A stretch of 64,000 bases of DNA from Planctomycetota bacterium (GTDB lineage Bacteria > Planctomycetota > GCA-002687715 > CAIWVZ01), in assembly GCA_044222185.1 (NCBI GenBank), contig JBGANV010000001.1:1600001-1664000 (forward strand), written 5' to 3'. This document shows, piece after piece, positions 18,702-26,893 of the stretch. The position numbers and the translations under genes are program-made. The notes beneath the pieces were generated by a model. The model did no database searches, was not told where the DNA came from, and saw only the letters and a list, made by a program, of their open reading frames with translations. How positions within the stretch are numbered: the first letter of the stretch is position 1; the number at the start of each line of letters is the position of its first letter.

Positions 18702-18728
18702 GTCGGAGCCGAGGGCGCGGGCTCGACA
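18702..18728 (-). promoter_or_regulatory. Candidate ECF42-dependent promoter
   Basis: Minus strand TGTCGA-N17-CGAC upstream of the DUF1579-yciI-ECF operon, matching the reported ECF42 motif (-35 TGTCGA, -10 CGA/TC). Confidence 0.65.
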
Positions 18729-18757
18729 TCTCCTCGAAAATAAACTTGCGCCACCGC

Positions 18758-19204
18758 TCAGGCGCCGGCCGGGATCAGCGGCTTGCCGTACCGGCGACCG
18801 GTGTGCTCGAGTCCGACACCCATGTAGAACGATTGCGCATCGGCCCGGTGCTCGTGCGTCGTCACGGAGAGACGCTCACAACCCGACCGCCGCGCGAAGT
18901 CCTCGACGGCGCGAACGAGAGCACGCCCCACGCCGGTCCGTCTGACGGCTTCTTCGACTACGAGCGTCGTGAGCCACGCGACGTCCCTGGGCCGCACCAC
19001 GACGCTCAGGATGTGCGCGGTCGCGAACCCGACCACTCCTGCCGCCGTCTCGGCGACGAGTGCGACCGCCCGGCCATCGGCCGCCATCCTCTCGACGCGG
19101 CGCCACATGTCGACGCCGTCCGTCGGATAGCCGAGCTGATGAACGAGCCGCGCCACGGCGTCGGCGTCCGTCGCTGCGGCCAATCGGATGTGAAGACTCG
19201 TCAT
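18758..19204 (-). CDS. GNAT family N-acetyltransferase
   Basis: LVVEEAVRRTGVGRALV and AQSFYMGVG motifs. Start MTSLHIR follows GGAGGAG. Confidence 0.88.
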   Translation of the reverse strand: MTSLHIRLAAATDADAVARLVHQLGYPTDGVDMWRRVERMAADGRAVALVAETAAGVVGFATAHILSVVVRPRDVAWLTTLVVEEAVRRTGVGRALVRAVEDFARRSGCERLSVTTHEHRADAQSFYMGVGLEHTGRRYGKPLIPAGA

Positions 19205-19395
19205 GGCTCCTCCGCGAGGCCGTCCCGGCGGCGACAGGCCTGGCGCTCGGCACTGTACCGGTGCGCAGGTCCGGTTCCGCTCATTCGGCCCAGACTCCCT
19301 GAGGACGAGCGGACCGACGGAACCAAGACCATTGATACCCTCGATCACGCGCAACCGAGCCCGACCCCGAGGCAACGCATCACGAGGAGGTCGCC

Positions 19396-19881
19396 ATGTC
19401 CGAGCCTGCAAGCCACGCCGCAAGAGTCGCCACGCCGTCGGATCGTGAGACCTTGATCACCCGCACGATCCGCTCGCCGAAACGGGCCGTGTTCGACGCA
19501 TGGACCGACCCGAAGAAGATTCCCCTGTGGTGTCTCGGGCCTCCGGGTTGGGCAATGCCCGTCTGCGAGGTCGACCTGCGCGCCGGTGGCAAGTGGCATT
19601 ACATGTGGCGAAAGGGCGACGGCGCCGAGATGGACATGGTCGGCACGTTTCGCGAAGTCTCATCCCCGGATCGCCTCGTCTGGACCGAGTCCTGGGGCCC
19701 CGAGTGGCCGGAAACGACCAACACACTCCTGCTGACCGAGAAAGACGGCGTGACCGTCGCGGCGATCACCATGCTCTACCCCACGCGAGAAGCCCGCGAC
19801 GCCGCACTGAAGACCGGGATGGCGGACGGCATGGAGCAGAGCTTCGTTCGCCTCGAGAAGCTCGTGCAGAAGACGACCTGA
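19396..19881 (+). CDS. SRPBCC/AHSA1 family protein
   Basis: VFDAWTDP..IPLWCLGPPGW.MPVCEVDLRAGGKW and TGMADGME motifs. AGGAGG RBS. Confidence 0.9.
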   Translation: MSEPASHAARVATPSDRETLITRTIRSPKRAVFDAWTDPKKIPLWCLGPPGWAMPVCEVDLRAGGKWHYMWRKGDGAEMDMVGTFREVSSPDRLVWTESWGPEWPETTNTLLLTEKDGVTVAAITMLYPTREARDAALKTGMADGMEQSFVRLEKLVQKTT

Positions 19882-20019
19882 CACGCCGAATTCGCGCCAC
19901 CGCGGGGACCACCGCACCGGCCGGTCACGGTCCGATGGCGACCCGCCCGCCGATGTCGGCCACGAATGACGGGGCCTCAGCGGCGGCGGCGCCTCGCCGG
20001 CCACCAACCGACCATCACG

Positions 20020-20436
20020 TCACGCGGAGGGTGCGACCGTCCCGTCGCGCGGCCGTCGTGGCAGAACGAACGCGCATCGCGCGTCCGGCGCCGCCAGCTC
20101 GGACGGGCTGTAGACGTCCCCAAGCTCCCCATCTGGGTGATCGAGGAGCCGAGGCCAGCGGCGTTTGATCGCTTCGAACGTCGCCCCCGGGCCCAGCACC
20201 TCCAGCTTCTCCGCCAGCAGGCAGAGGTACGCCCAAGTCATCGTCGCGTGGTACAGCTGTGGCTTCCCGCGCGACGCCGCGAAGCGCTGCAGCGCGTCCT
20301 TGAAACGCTCGGCAGCCCGTCCCAGCGACTCGCGGCTGAGATACCAGAACGCGACCCGGAGATGCTGTTCGTGTGTGAAGGGTGACAGGCCAGGGTCACA
20401 CGACTCGAAGGCGCGAACGAGAGCGTCGTCATCCAT
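20020..20436 (-). CDS. Conserved hypothetical protein (FxHxxHLRVA...YHATMT type)
   Basis: MDDDALVRAFE...FTHEQHLRVAFWYL...YHATMTWAY...YSPSEL..PDARCAFVLP. Overlaps the upstream gene. Confidence 0.72.
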   Translation of the reverse strand: MDDDALVRAFESCDPGLSPFTHEQHLRVAFWYLSRESLGRAAERFKDALQRFAASRGKPQLYHATMTWAYLCLLAEKLEVLGPGATFEAIKRRWPRLLDHPDGELGDVYSPSELAAPDARCAFVLPRRPRDGTVAPSA

Positions 20437-20809
20437 CCAAGACGTCTCCGTCCGGTGTGCGCCTGGCCTCGCGTCCACGCCGACCGCCGCGAGGGCCGGG
20501 CGCGCGAACGCGCTCCGTGAGCCGATGACTGTCCTCCGCGGTGAGGTCCAGGCCGAAGACCTCCCGGAGCGCAGCGACTTGCTTCAACGTCGTCGCGGAG
20601 AACGGCGACTTCCCGTCCAGGGCATGGAGGACGATGCCCTCGAGGAGGTCACCGAGCGTAATCTCCTTCGCGTCCGCCAGCGCACGAAGCACCATGAGGA
20701 GACGCTTCTCCAGTCGCACTCCCGTCTGAACGCGCTCGATCTGGGTCGAACGCGCCCCGCCCGCACCCCTGCCAGGGCGCCCGCGAACGGAGGATGTGGC
20801 CTTCTGCAT
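20429..20809 (-). CDS. Small probable ribbon-helix-helix DNA-binding protein
   Basis: 3' part of ORF 20429..21349: ERVQTGVRLEKRLLMVLRALADAKEITLGDLLEGIV has a strand-helix-helix RHH-like pattern. Confidence 0.7.
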   Translation of the reverse strand: MQKATSSVRGRPGRGAGGARSTQIERVQTGVRLEKRLLMVLRALADAKEITLGDLLEGIVLHALDGKSPFSATTLKQVAALREVFGLDLTAEDSHRLTERVRAPGPRGGRRGREARRTPDGDVLDG

Positions 20810-21229
20810 GTACCACGGTACCAGTGTACCGGGTGAACCCCAGATCGCGACGCACGATGGCCCGGCGGATGCGCATGGACGACGCGGGCCGCGCAACCGC
20901 CGCTGCCCGAGCCATCGCATCGCCAACGCTCGCCGAACCCGGACCATGAACCGAGAGGCTCGGCTCACAGGCGCACGTCGTCCCGTGTGCCGGACGGCGC
21001 TCCTCGTATGCGAGCATCGTTGGATGGCGGAGCCAAACCATGGCGAATGGAGCACGCTCCCCCGAGGTCGGCCTCCGCGTAACCGGCTACTGCAAGCCCG
21101 ACCGCGCAAACGGGTTTGCGATCCGGAACACTCCAATCCCCCGCCCCGTCGGGTCTGCGCGTGACGATCGACCCGGAAATGGCCTATAGGATGCGCACTC
21201 CCCTGATGGCCCTCCCGACGGAGCTCATC

Positions 21230-24200
21230 ATGCGACAGTCCTGCCTTCCCATAGTGCTGTTCACGTCCGCGGCAATGTTGGTGCCGCCCGTACGCGCGCA
21301 ACTCGAGCCGGCGCCGACGTTCACCACACCTCAAGCCGTGGGCATCCAATACGACATCGTCGCCTGTCGTATGCCGCTCCCTTCAACGCTTCCCGCGGAT
21401 TACCGGGACTGGTTTCCCGACGTGTTCAACTTCTCGATATTCGTTGGACCGGGCTCGGACCTGGTCGCCATCCACCCGGATGGGACCGAGACCGTCCTCG
21501 TCTCCGCGGGGAGCGTGCCGATACAGTCGGTCCCGGGAGGTGTGACGCGCACGTCCGCCAACGCGTCGATCGTGGATCCGCTCGTGTCCTTCGACGCGAA
21601 GTCGATCTACTTCGCGTTGTTCGAGGACCCCATCGCTCGCCATTTCCAGCGGAAGCTGCCGATCAAGCCGGCCTTCATCTTCCGTTACAGCCTCACGACC
21701 GGGGCGGTGACCCAACTCACGTTCGACGATCAGGTCGACGTCTCCGACCAGTTTCGCCAGGTGGCGCCGCCGTACGCGAAACTCGACGTCGCTCCGGTGG
21801 AACTCGCGGATGGCCGCATCCTTTTCCTCTCCAACCGCGCGAACGTGATGGAGCCGGGGAACGAGAAGCCCGCGATGCGCTTCTACCGGATGCACGGTGA
21901 CGGGTCGAACGTCGAGCCAGTCGAGAACTTCACCCTCGGGTCGTGCCAGCACCCGATCATCCTCCGGGACGGTCGCATTGCGTGGACGCATCACCACCCC
22001 GTCGGACGCCGGAACATCAACGGCAACTTTCCGCTATTGGTCGCGAACCCGGACATGAGCGACATCAAGACCATGGCGGGCGACCACTACTACAACACCG
22101 CGTTCCACTTCATCTCGCAGCTATCCAACGGCGACTTCGTCTCGAACAGCTACTACCAGCAGAACAACTTCGGCCACGGGATGATCGTCAGGTTTCCGCT
22201 GGTCAGCGGGCAAGGGTTCAACCCGGTCAGCGACATCGCGTCATCGAGCGCGCATTTCGAACGTGTATCGCAGACGACGGCGGTCCCGTGGCCGCTCGGC
22301 AATCTGAACGACGACCACGCCGCGCGCCTTCGCGGTGGAAGCCAGACGGAGCGCGTCGGCAAGGTGACGATGCCGTCCGGAGCACCAGGCGGCGACATGC
22401 TGATGGTCTGGAGCCCCGGTCCGGTCAACAACCTGAACCGCCCCGTCTCGGGCTTCCCGCACATGCACGTGGCCTATGCCCCGGGCGGGAGCACCCCGAC
22501 GTGGTCGGCCATGTCCATCCTCAAATGGAGTGCCTCGTACCACTACATGTACCCGAAGGCGGTCGTGCCTTACGCGGCGATCCACGGCGTCGCAAAGCCG
22601 ACGCTGATCCCAGACACGACGAACAGCGGATCGATTGCCGCCCTCCCGGCAGGATCCGCATTTGCAACGACCGGCACCTCGTCCGTGTACAACCGCGAGA
22701 GCCGGTGGCCCAATCCCTACGACGACGCGGTCGACCCCAACATCGTCAACAACCTCCTCTACTCGTCCACCTTGTTCGTCGTCGGTCAGGACACCATTCG
22801 GTTCCCGAACTCCCGCATCCACGCCGCGCAGGTCGTCGCCGACATGTCCCACGTCTTCGGGAACAACTCCTGGTATCAGCCGCTGGCCGGTCGATACCGA
22901 TCGCACAACAACGGGACCCAGGTCTGGGGAATCCTCGGCGAGATCCCATTGCGGAAGTTCGCGCCGAACGGTTCGCCGATTCTCGACGCGCAGGGTAATC
23001 CCGACACGTCGTACGAGGTGCGGATCCCCGCGGATGTCCCCTTCCACAATCGCGTCATCGACGTCGACGGGATCACGCTGACCTCGGAGACGACCTGGCA
23101 CAGTGCCCGTCCCGGCGAACGGAAGAACAACTGCGGCGGCTGTCACGCGCACTCGATCAACACGCAGCCATTGGACTTCGGCACGACCGCAGCCGGGCAG
23201 GCGGGTTACACGGTGACGGACTTCGCTCTGCAAACGCCGGTCGTGAGCCGCGATCCCCAGAACCAACCGTCCGTCCTGATCAAGCCTGGACGCGCCTGGG
23301 TCGTGGAGTATTGGCAGGACGTCCAACCGATCCTGACGGCGCGGTGCGTCGGCTGCCACAACTCGCCGGCGAGCCTCGACCTTCGCGCCAACGCGTCGCC
23401 GCCTCCGTGGGACAGCCTCGCGTTCACGAACACGAGCGGCTACCCGATCCTCTATGGCGCCCACCAACCGACGAAATACGTCCGCAAGAACGCCGCGAGC
23501 CAGAGCCTCCTCGTGTGGAAGGCCTATGGCTCGCGGCTCGACGGTCGCAGCGACGGCAACGGGCGCCCTGGCGACATCCCCTTCGGCCCGGCGCACGCAC
23601 CGACGATCACTTTCGACGAGAAGCGAACGATCGCCGCATGGGTGGATCTCGGGTGTCAGGTCGACGTCAATCCCGCCTCGGCCGACGAGAGCGATCCCTT
23701 CGACGACCAGATGAAACCCTCGCTCGCAATCTCGGGGATCACGCGTGGCAAGGTGACGACGGCACCGACGTCGATCACCGTGAGTGGCTACGACCTCCAC
23801 TCCGGAATCGCGCCCGCATCGCTCGAAATTCGCATCGGCAGCTGGACCGCGACGAACCTGGCGGCGGGAACCACGATTTCGAACGGCAGCGTGCACACGA
23901 TCCCTTTGCCTGCGCTGGCGACCGGCCAGCTCCACAAGATCCACGTGCGCGTCGCGGACGTCGCCGGGAATCGATCCCGCGAGATCCTGGACGTCATGGT
24001 CCTGAGCCCTGCAGCTCTCGTCACCGTCGGCTCGGGAAGCCCTGGGACCGCCGGCCAGGTACCCACGCTCTCCGGAAGCACGCTCCCGCGTGTCGGCGAG
24101 CAGGCGTTCGAACTCGTCGTGGCCAACACGGTGCCGAATACCCCCACGATCATCTGGTCTTCGGCGGCTCTGGCGAACCCGCCATTCCAGCTCCTGCCCA

Positions 24201-24418
24201 ATGCGTTCGTGTATCTGTCCTCGCTCGACACGTTCTCGTTCGGAGTCACGGATTCCACGGGCAACTACCGGGCGGGGCTGCCGATCCCCAACGACCCGGG
24301 CCTGAACGGGGTCACGCTGTACTTCCAGTCACTCGTCTTCGACCCGGGCGGGCAGCAGCTCATTCCCGGCGTCACCGGAGCACTCACGCCCGGGCTCGCC
24401 CTGACCGTCGGCGGGTGA
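21230..24418 (+). CDS. Exported hydrazine synthase alpha (HzsA)-like beta-propeller protein with two c-type heme motifs
   Basis: Signal peptide, propeller motifs (PLVSFDAKSIYF, LADGRILFLSNR), HZS middle-domain-like DTSYEVRIPADVPF..RVID.DG, CGGCH (23132) and CVGCH (23345), and a C-terminal beta domain. Confidence 0.75.
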   Translation: MRQSCLPIVLFTSAAMLVPPVRAQLEPAPTFTTPQAVGIQYDIVACRMPLPSTLPADYRDWFPDVFNFSIFVGPGSDLVAIHPDGTETVLVSAGSVPIQSVPGGVTRTSANASIVDPLVSFDAKSIYFALFEDPIARHFQRKLPIKPAFIFRYSLTTGAVTQLTFDDQVDVSDQFRQVAPPYAKLDVAPVELADGRILFLSNRANVMEPGNEKPAMRFYRMHGDGSNVEPVENFTLGSCQHPIILRDGRIAWTHHHPVGRRNINGNFPLLVANPDMSDIKTMAGDHYYNTAFHFISQLSNGDFVSNSYYQQNNFGHGMIVRFPLVSGQGFNPVSDIASSSAHFERVSQTTAVPWPLGNLNDDHAARLRGGSQTERVGKVTMPSGAPGGDMLMVWSPGPVNNLNRPVSGFPHMHVAYAPGGSTPTWSAMSILKWSASYHYMYPKAVVPYAAIHGVAKPTLIPDTTNSGSIAALPAGSAFATTGTSSVYNRESRWPNPYDDAVDPNIVNNLLYSSTLFVVGQDTIRFPNSRIHAAQVVADMSHVFGNNSWYQPLAGRYRSHNNGTQVWGILGEIPLRKFAPNGSPILDAQGNPDTSYEVRIPADVPFHNRVIDVDGITLTSETTWHSARPGERKNNCGGCHAHSINTQPLDFGTTAAGQAGYTVTDFALQTPVVSRDPQNQPSVLIKPGRAWVVEYWQDVQPILTARCVGCHNSPASLDLRANASPPPWDSLAFTNTSGYPILYGAHQPTKYVRKNAASQSLLVWKAYGSRLDGRSDGNGRPGDIPFGPAHAPTITFDEKRTIAAWVDLGCQVDVNPASADESDPFDDQMKPSLAISGITRGKVTTAPTSITVSGYDLHSGIAPASLEIRIGSWTATNLAAGTTISNGSVHTIPLPALATGQLHKIHVRVADVAGNRSREILDVMVLSPAALVTVGSGSPGTAGQVPTLSGSTLPRVGEQAFELVVANTVPNTPTIIWSSAALANPPFQLLPNAFVYLSSLDTFSFGVTDSTGNYRAGLPIPNDPGLNGVTLYFQSLVFDPGGQQLIPGVTGALTPGLALTVGG

Positions 24419-24638
24419 CCCGACCGGACCGACAGTGACGGCGGTCACGGTCTGCGAAATCCCAGCCGCGGGCCGCGACCGCAACGCCTGGTGAGGCGTC
24501 GATCGAAACCGTCCTCGTTCCGCGCACCGCACACGCCGTCGCGAGCCCGTCGGGTGCCACCGACGAGCAGCGGCCGATCGAGTACGATGCGCCCCTGCAC
24601 TCGAACCCGAGGCGGGGTCGTACTCCGCCTGCCCGCGA

Positions 24639-25631
24639 ATGCACAGCACCGTGAGCAAGCCGATGGTGATGCCGAAACCCAGGAGAGCGTCGCGAGTCAG
24701 CGAGCGGAGGGCCGAGTCGAAGCCAGCGCGAAACGCACGCGCGAAGTCGGCGTCGCCCGCCGCGGCGACGCCCGGCTCCGGCACCTCTGCCACGGCGCTC
24801 ATCGACGCGCGGATCCGTTCACTGGGCGATTGGCGCGGCGAGACTCTCGCCGAAGTCCGGCGGATCATCCGCGGAGCGGACCCGCAGATCGTTGAGGAGT
24901 GGAAGTGGATGGGCACGCCCGTGTGGTCTCTCGATGGCAACATCTGCACGGGTGAGACGTACAAGGCGGTCGTCAAGCTCACCTTCGTTCGCGGCGCCGC
25001 CCTGAAGGACCCGAAGAAGCTCTTCAACTCCAGCCTGGAAGGAAACACGCGCCGCGCAATCGACATTCGCGAGGGCGAGGTCGTCGACGCAGAGGCGCTG
25101 ACGCAGCTCATCCGCGCGGCCGTCGCTGCAAATCAGGAGGCGACGGTCGGCAAACCCACGGTGCGGAGGGCGAAGTCCCGCGCCGCGCCCGCGCGAGACC
25201 CCGTCGCCCGCAAGGGGTCACCCCGGCCGAAGGCGTCCGTCGTCCTGCTCGCGGGCGGCAACCCTCAAGTGGCAAAGGCAGACGGCGACGCTCCCGTACA
25301 GGCGTACATCGCCGCGATTCCAGGTTGGAAGCGCGGGATCGGTGAGCGCATCGACGCCCTCGTCACGAGCCAGGTGCCCGCAGTGCGAAAAGCCGTGAAG
25401 TGGAACTCGCCCTTCTACGGAGTCGAGGGTCAGGGGTGGTTCCTCTCGTTCCACGTCTTCACCCGCTACGTGAAAGCGACGTTCTTCCGAGGCACGTCGC
25501 TGAAGCCCGCGCCGCCGGGAGGCACCACGAAGGAAGCGCGCTGGATCGACATCCACGAGGATGACTTCGATGACGCGCAGATGAAGGCCTGGGTGAAGCA
25601 AGCCGCCCGAGTGCCCGGCTGGATGGCTTGA
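24639..25631 (+). CDS. Tandem DUF1801 (YdhG-like) domain protein
   Basis: DWRGETLAEVR..I..ADP.IVEEWKWMGTPVWS, then a second domain with AVKWNSPFYG. Start uncertain. Confidence 0.85.
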   Translation: MHSTVSKPMVMPKPRRASRVSERRAESKPARNARAKSASPAAATPGSGTSATALIDARIRSLGDWRGETLAEVRRIIRGADPQIVEEWKWMGTPVWSLDGNICTGETYKAVVKLTFVRGAALKDPKKLFNSSLEGNTRRAIDIREGEVVDAEALTQLIRAAVAANQEATVGKPTVRRAKSRAAPARDPVARKGSPRPKASVVLLAGGNPQVAKADGDAPVQAYIAAIPGWKRGIGERIDALVTSQVPAVRKAVKWNSPFYGVEGQGWFLSFHVFTRYVKATFFRGTSLKPAPPGGTTKEARWIDIHEDDFDDAQMKAWVKQAARVPGWMA

Positions 25632-25684
25632 TCCGTCGGCGGTCCATCCGGTGCCTCCTCCCGCGATGCACGTCGCGAGTCCCC

Positions 25685-26893
25685 ATGCGTGACCTTGCGC
25701 CCACGGCACACCGAGCCTGGGCGCGGATCGTGCTCATCCTCCTCGCCGTGAGCGGCGTCGACGGCTGCTCGACCCTCGCCGCACGCCGTGAGAACTCGGA
25801 CTCGCGGGTCGAGCCGTCAGGCAATCCGTCACCGCTCGGGCGAGAAGCGGCGGTCTTGGAACTCGTCATCGACAACCCGTTCCGCCTCGCGTTCGACGTC
25901 GTCGAGGTCTCCGGCGACGACGACGTCAGGATCGTCTCCCAGGAGTCGAGCCGACGCTGGCGCCAGCCGATGCGCGCAGGGCTGTACGAGGTCGTCGCCC
26001 ACGGCGGCAGTCGCTCGTTCGGCCTGCCAGCGCCGCTTCTGAGGGGCGTCGTCCCTGACGGGCGCCTGACGATCACGATCCCCGCGGCCCAGCCGGAAGA
26101 CGAGACGTGGGCGTGGATCCCCCGTGGCGTTTCGGTGATGGGAGACACGATCGGAGTCGGTCAGGAGGACGAACGGCCTGCCCACCTCGTCGAGCTGCCC
26201 GATTTCTGGATCGGACGAACCGAGGTCACCAACGCAGACTACGTCCGCTTCCTGAATGATCCCGCGGTGAGCGTCGACGAGCGCTGGCTGGCGTTCGACA
26301 GCCTCAAGTGCCTCGTGAGGCAGGACCAAGCGACCCGACGCTGGACGACCGACTCCCCCGCCTTCCCCGTCGTCACCGTGAGCCTCTCGGGCGCCGAGGC
26401 GTACTGCCGGTGGATGACGAGTCGGACGTCGGTACCCCACCGACTGCCGACCGAGGCCGAGTGGGAGAAGGCGGCTCGTGGTCCGCGATCGACGGTCTAC
26501 GACTATGGGTCCACCTTCCGCCGCTTCGCCGCGAACCAGCAGAGCGGTCGCCTCCGCGAAGTGAACGCCTACGGGCTCCACGGGTTCGGTGTGGCGGACC
26601 TGACGGGCAACGCCTTCGAGTGGGTCGCCGACGACTACGATCCCGACGCCTACGCCGGGCGCGACTCCCGTTTCACGTCGAGTCCGTCGATCCGACACGC
26701 ATCGAGCGCAGCCGACACCCGGTACCATGTCCTGCGCGGTGGATCGTTCGTTCTCGACGGCATGTACCTCAGAAACAGCTTCCGGATGAGGCAACGACCA
26801 TCGGTCCGCACGGAGGATTTCGGCTTCCGTGTCGTTCGAGAGTCCAGACCCGACGCCGAGGTGATCACGTCATGCGAATCACGACCTGGCTGA
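25685..26893 (+). CDS. Exported FGE-sulfatase (SUMF1/PvdO-like) domain protein
   Basis: DERPAH.V, EVTNADY, RLPTEAEWEKAARG, GNAFEW, VLRGGSF and FGFRVV motifs. N-terminal hydrophobic or lipoprotein-like signal (VDG-C). Confidence 0.88.
   Translation: MRDLAPTAHRAWARIVLILLAVSGVDGCSTLAARRENSDSRVEPSGNPSPLGREAAVLELVIDNPFRLAFDVVEVSGDDDVRIVSQESSRRWRQPMRAGLYEVVAHGGSRSFGLPAPLLRGVVPDGRLTITIPAAQPEDETWAWIPRGVSVMGDTIGVGQEDERPAHLVELPDFWIGRTEVTNADYVRFLNDPAVSVDERWLAFDSLKCLVRQDQATRRWTTDSPAFPVVTVSLSGAEAYCRWMTSRTSVPHRLPTEAEWEKAARGPRSTVYDYGSTFRRFAANQQSGRLREVNAYGLHGFGVADLTGNAFEWVADDYDPDAYAGRDSRFTSSPSIRHASSAADTRYHVLRGGSFVLDGMYLRNSFRMRQRPSVRTEDFGFRVVRESRPDAEVITSCESRPG

Noticed and set aside
21230-24418. Evidence for anammox metabolism
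   Set aside because: Only an HzsA-like scaffold with extra extracellular domains is present, with no hzsB/C or hao/hdh. The high GC is also unlike known anammox genomes.
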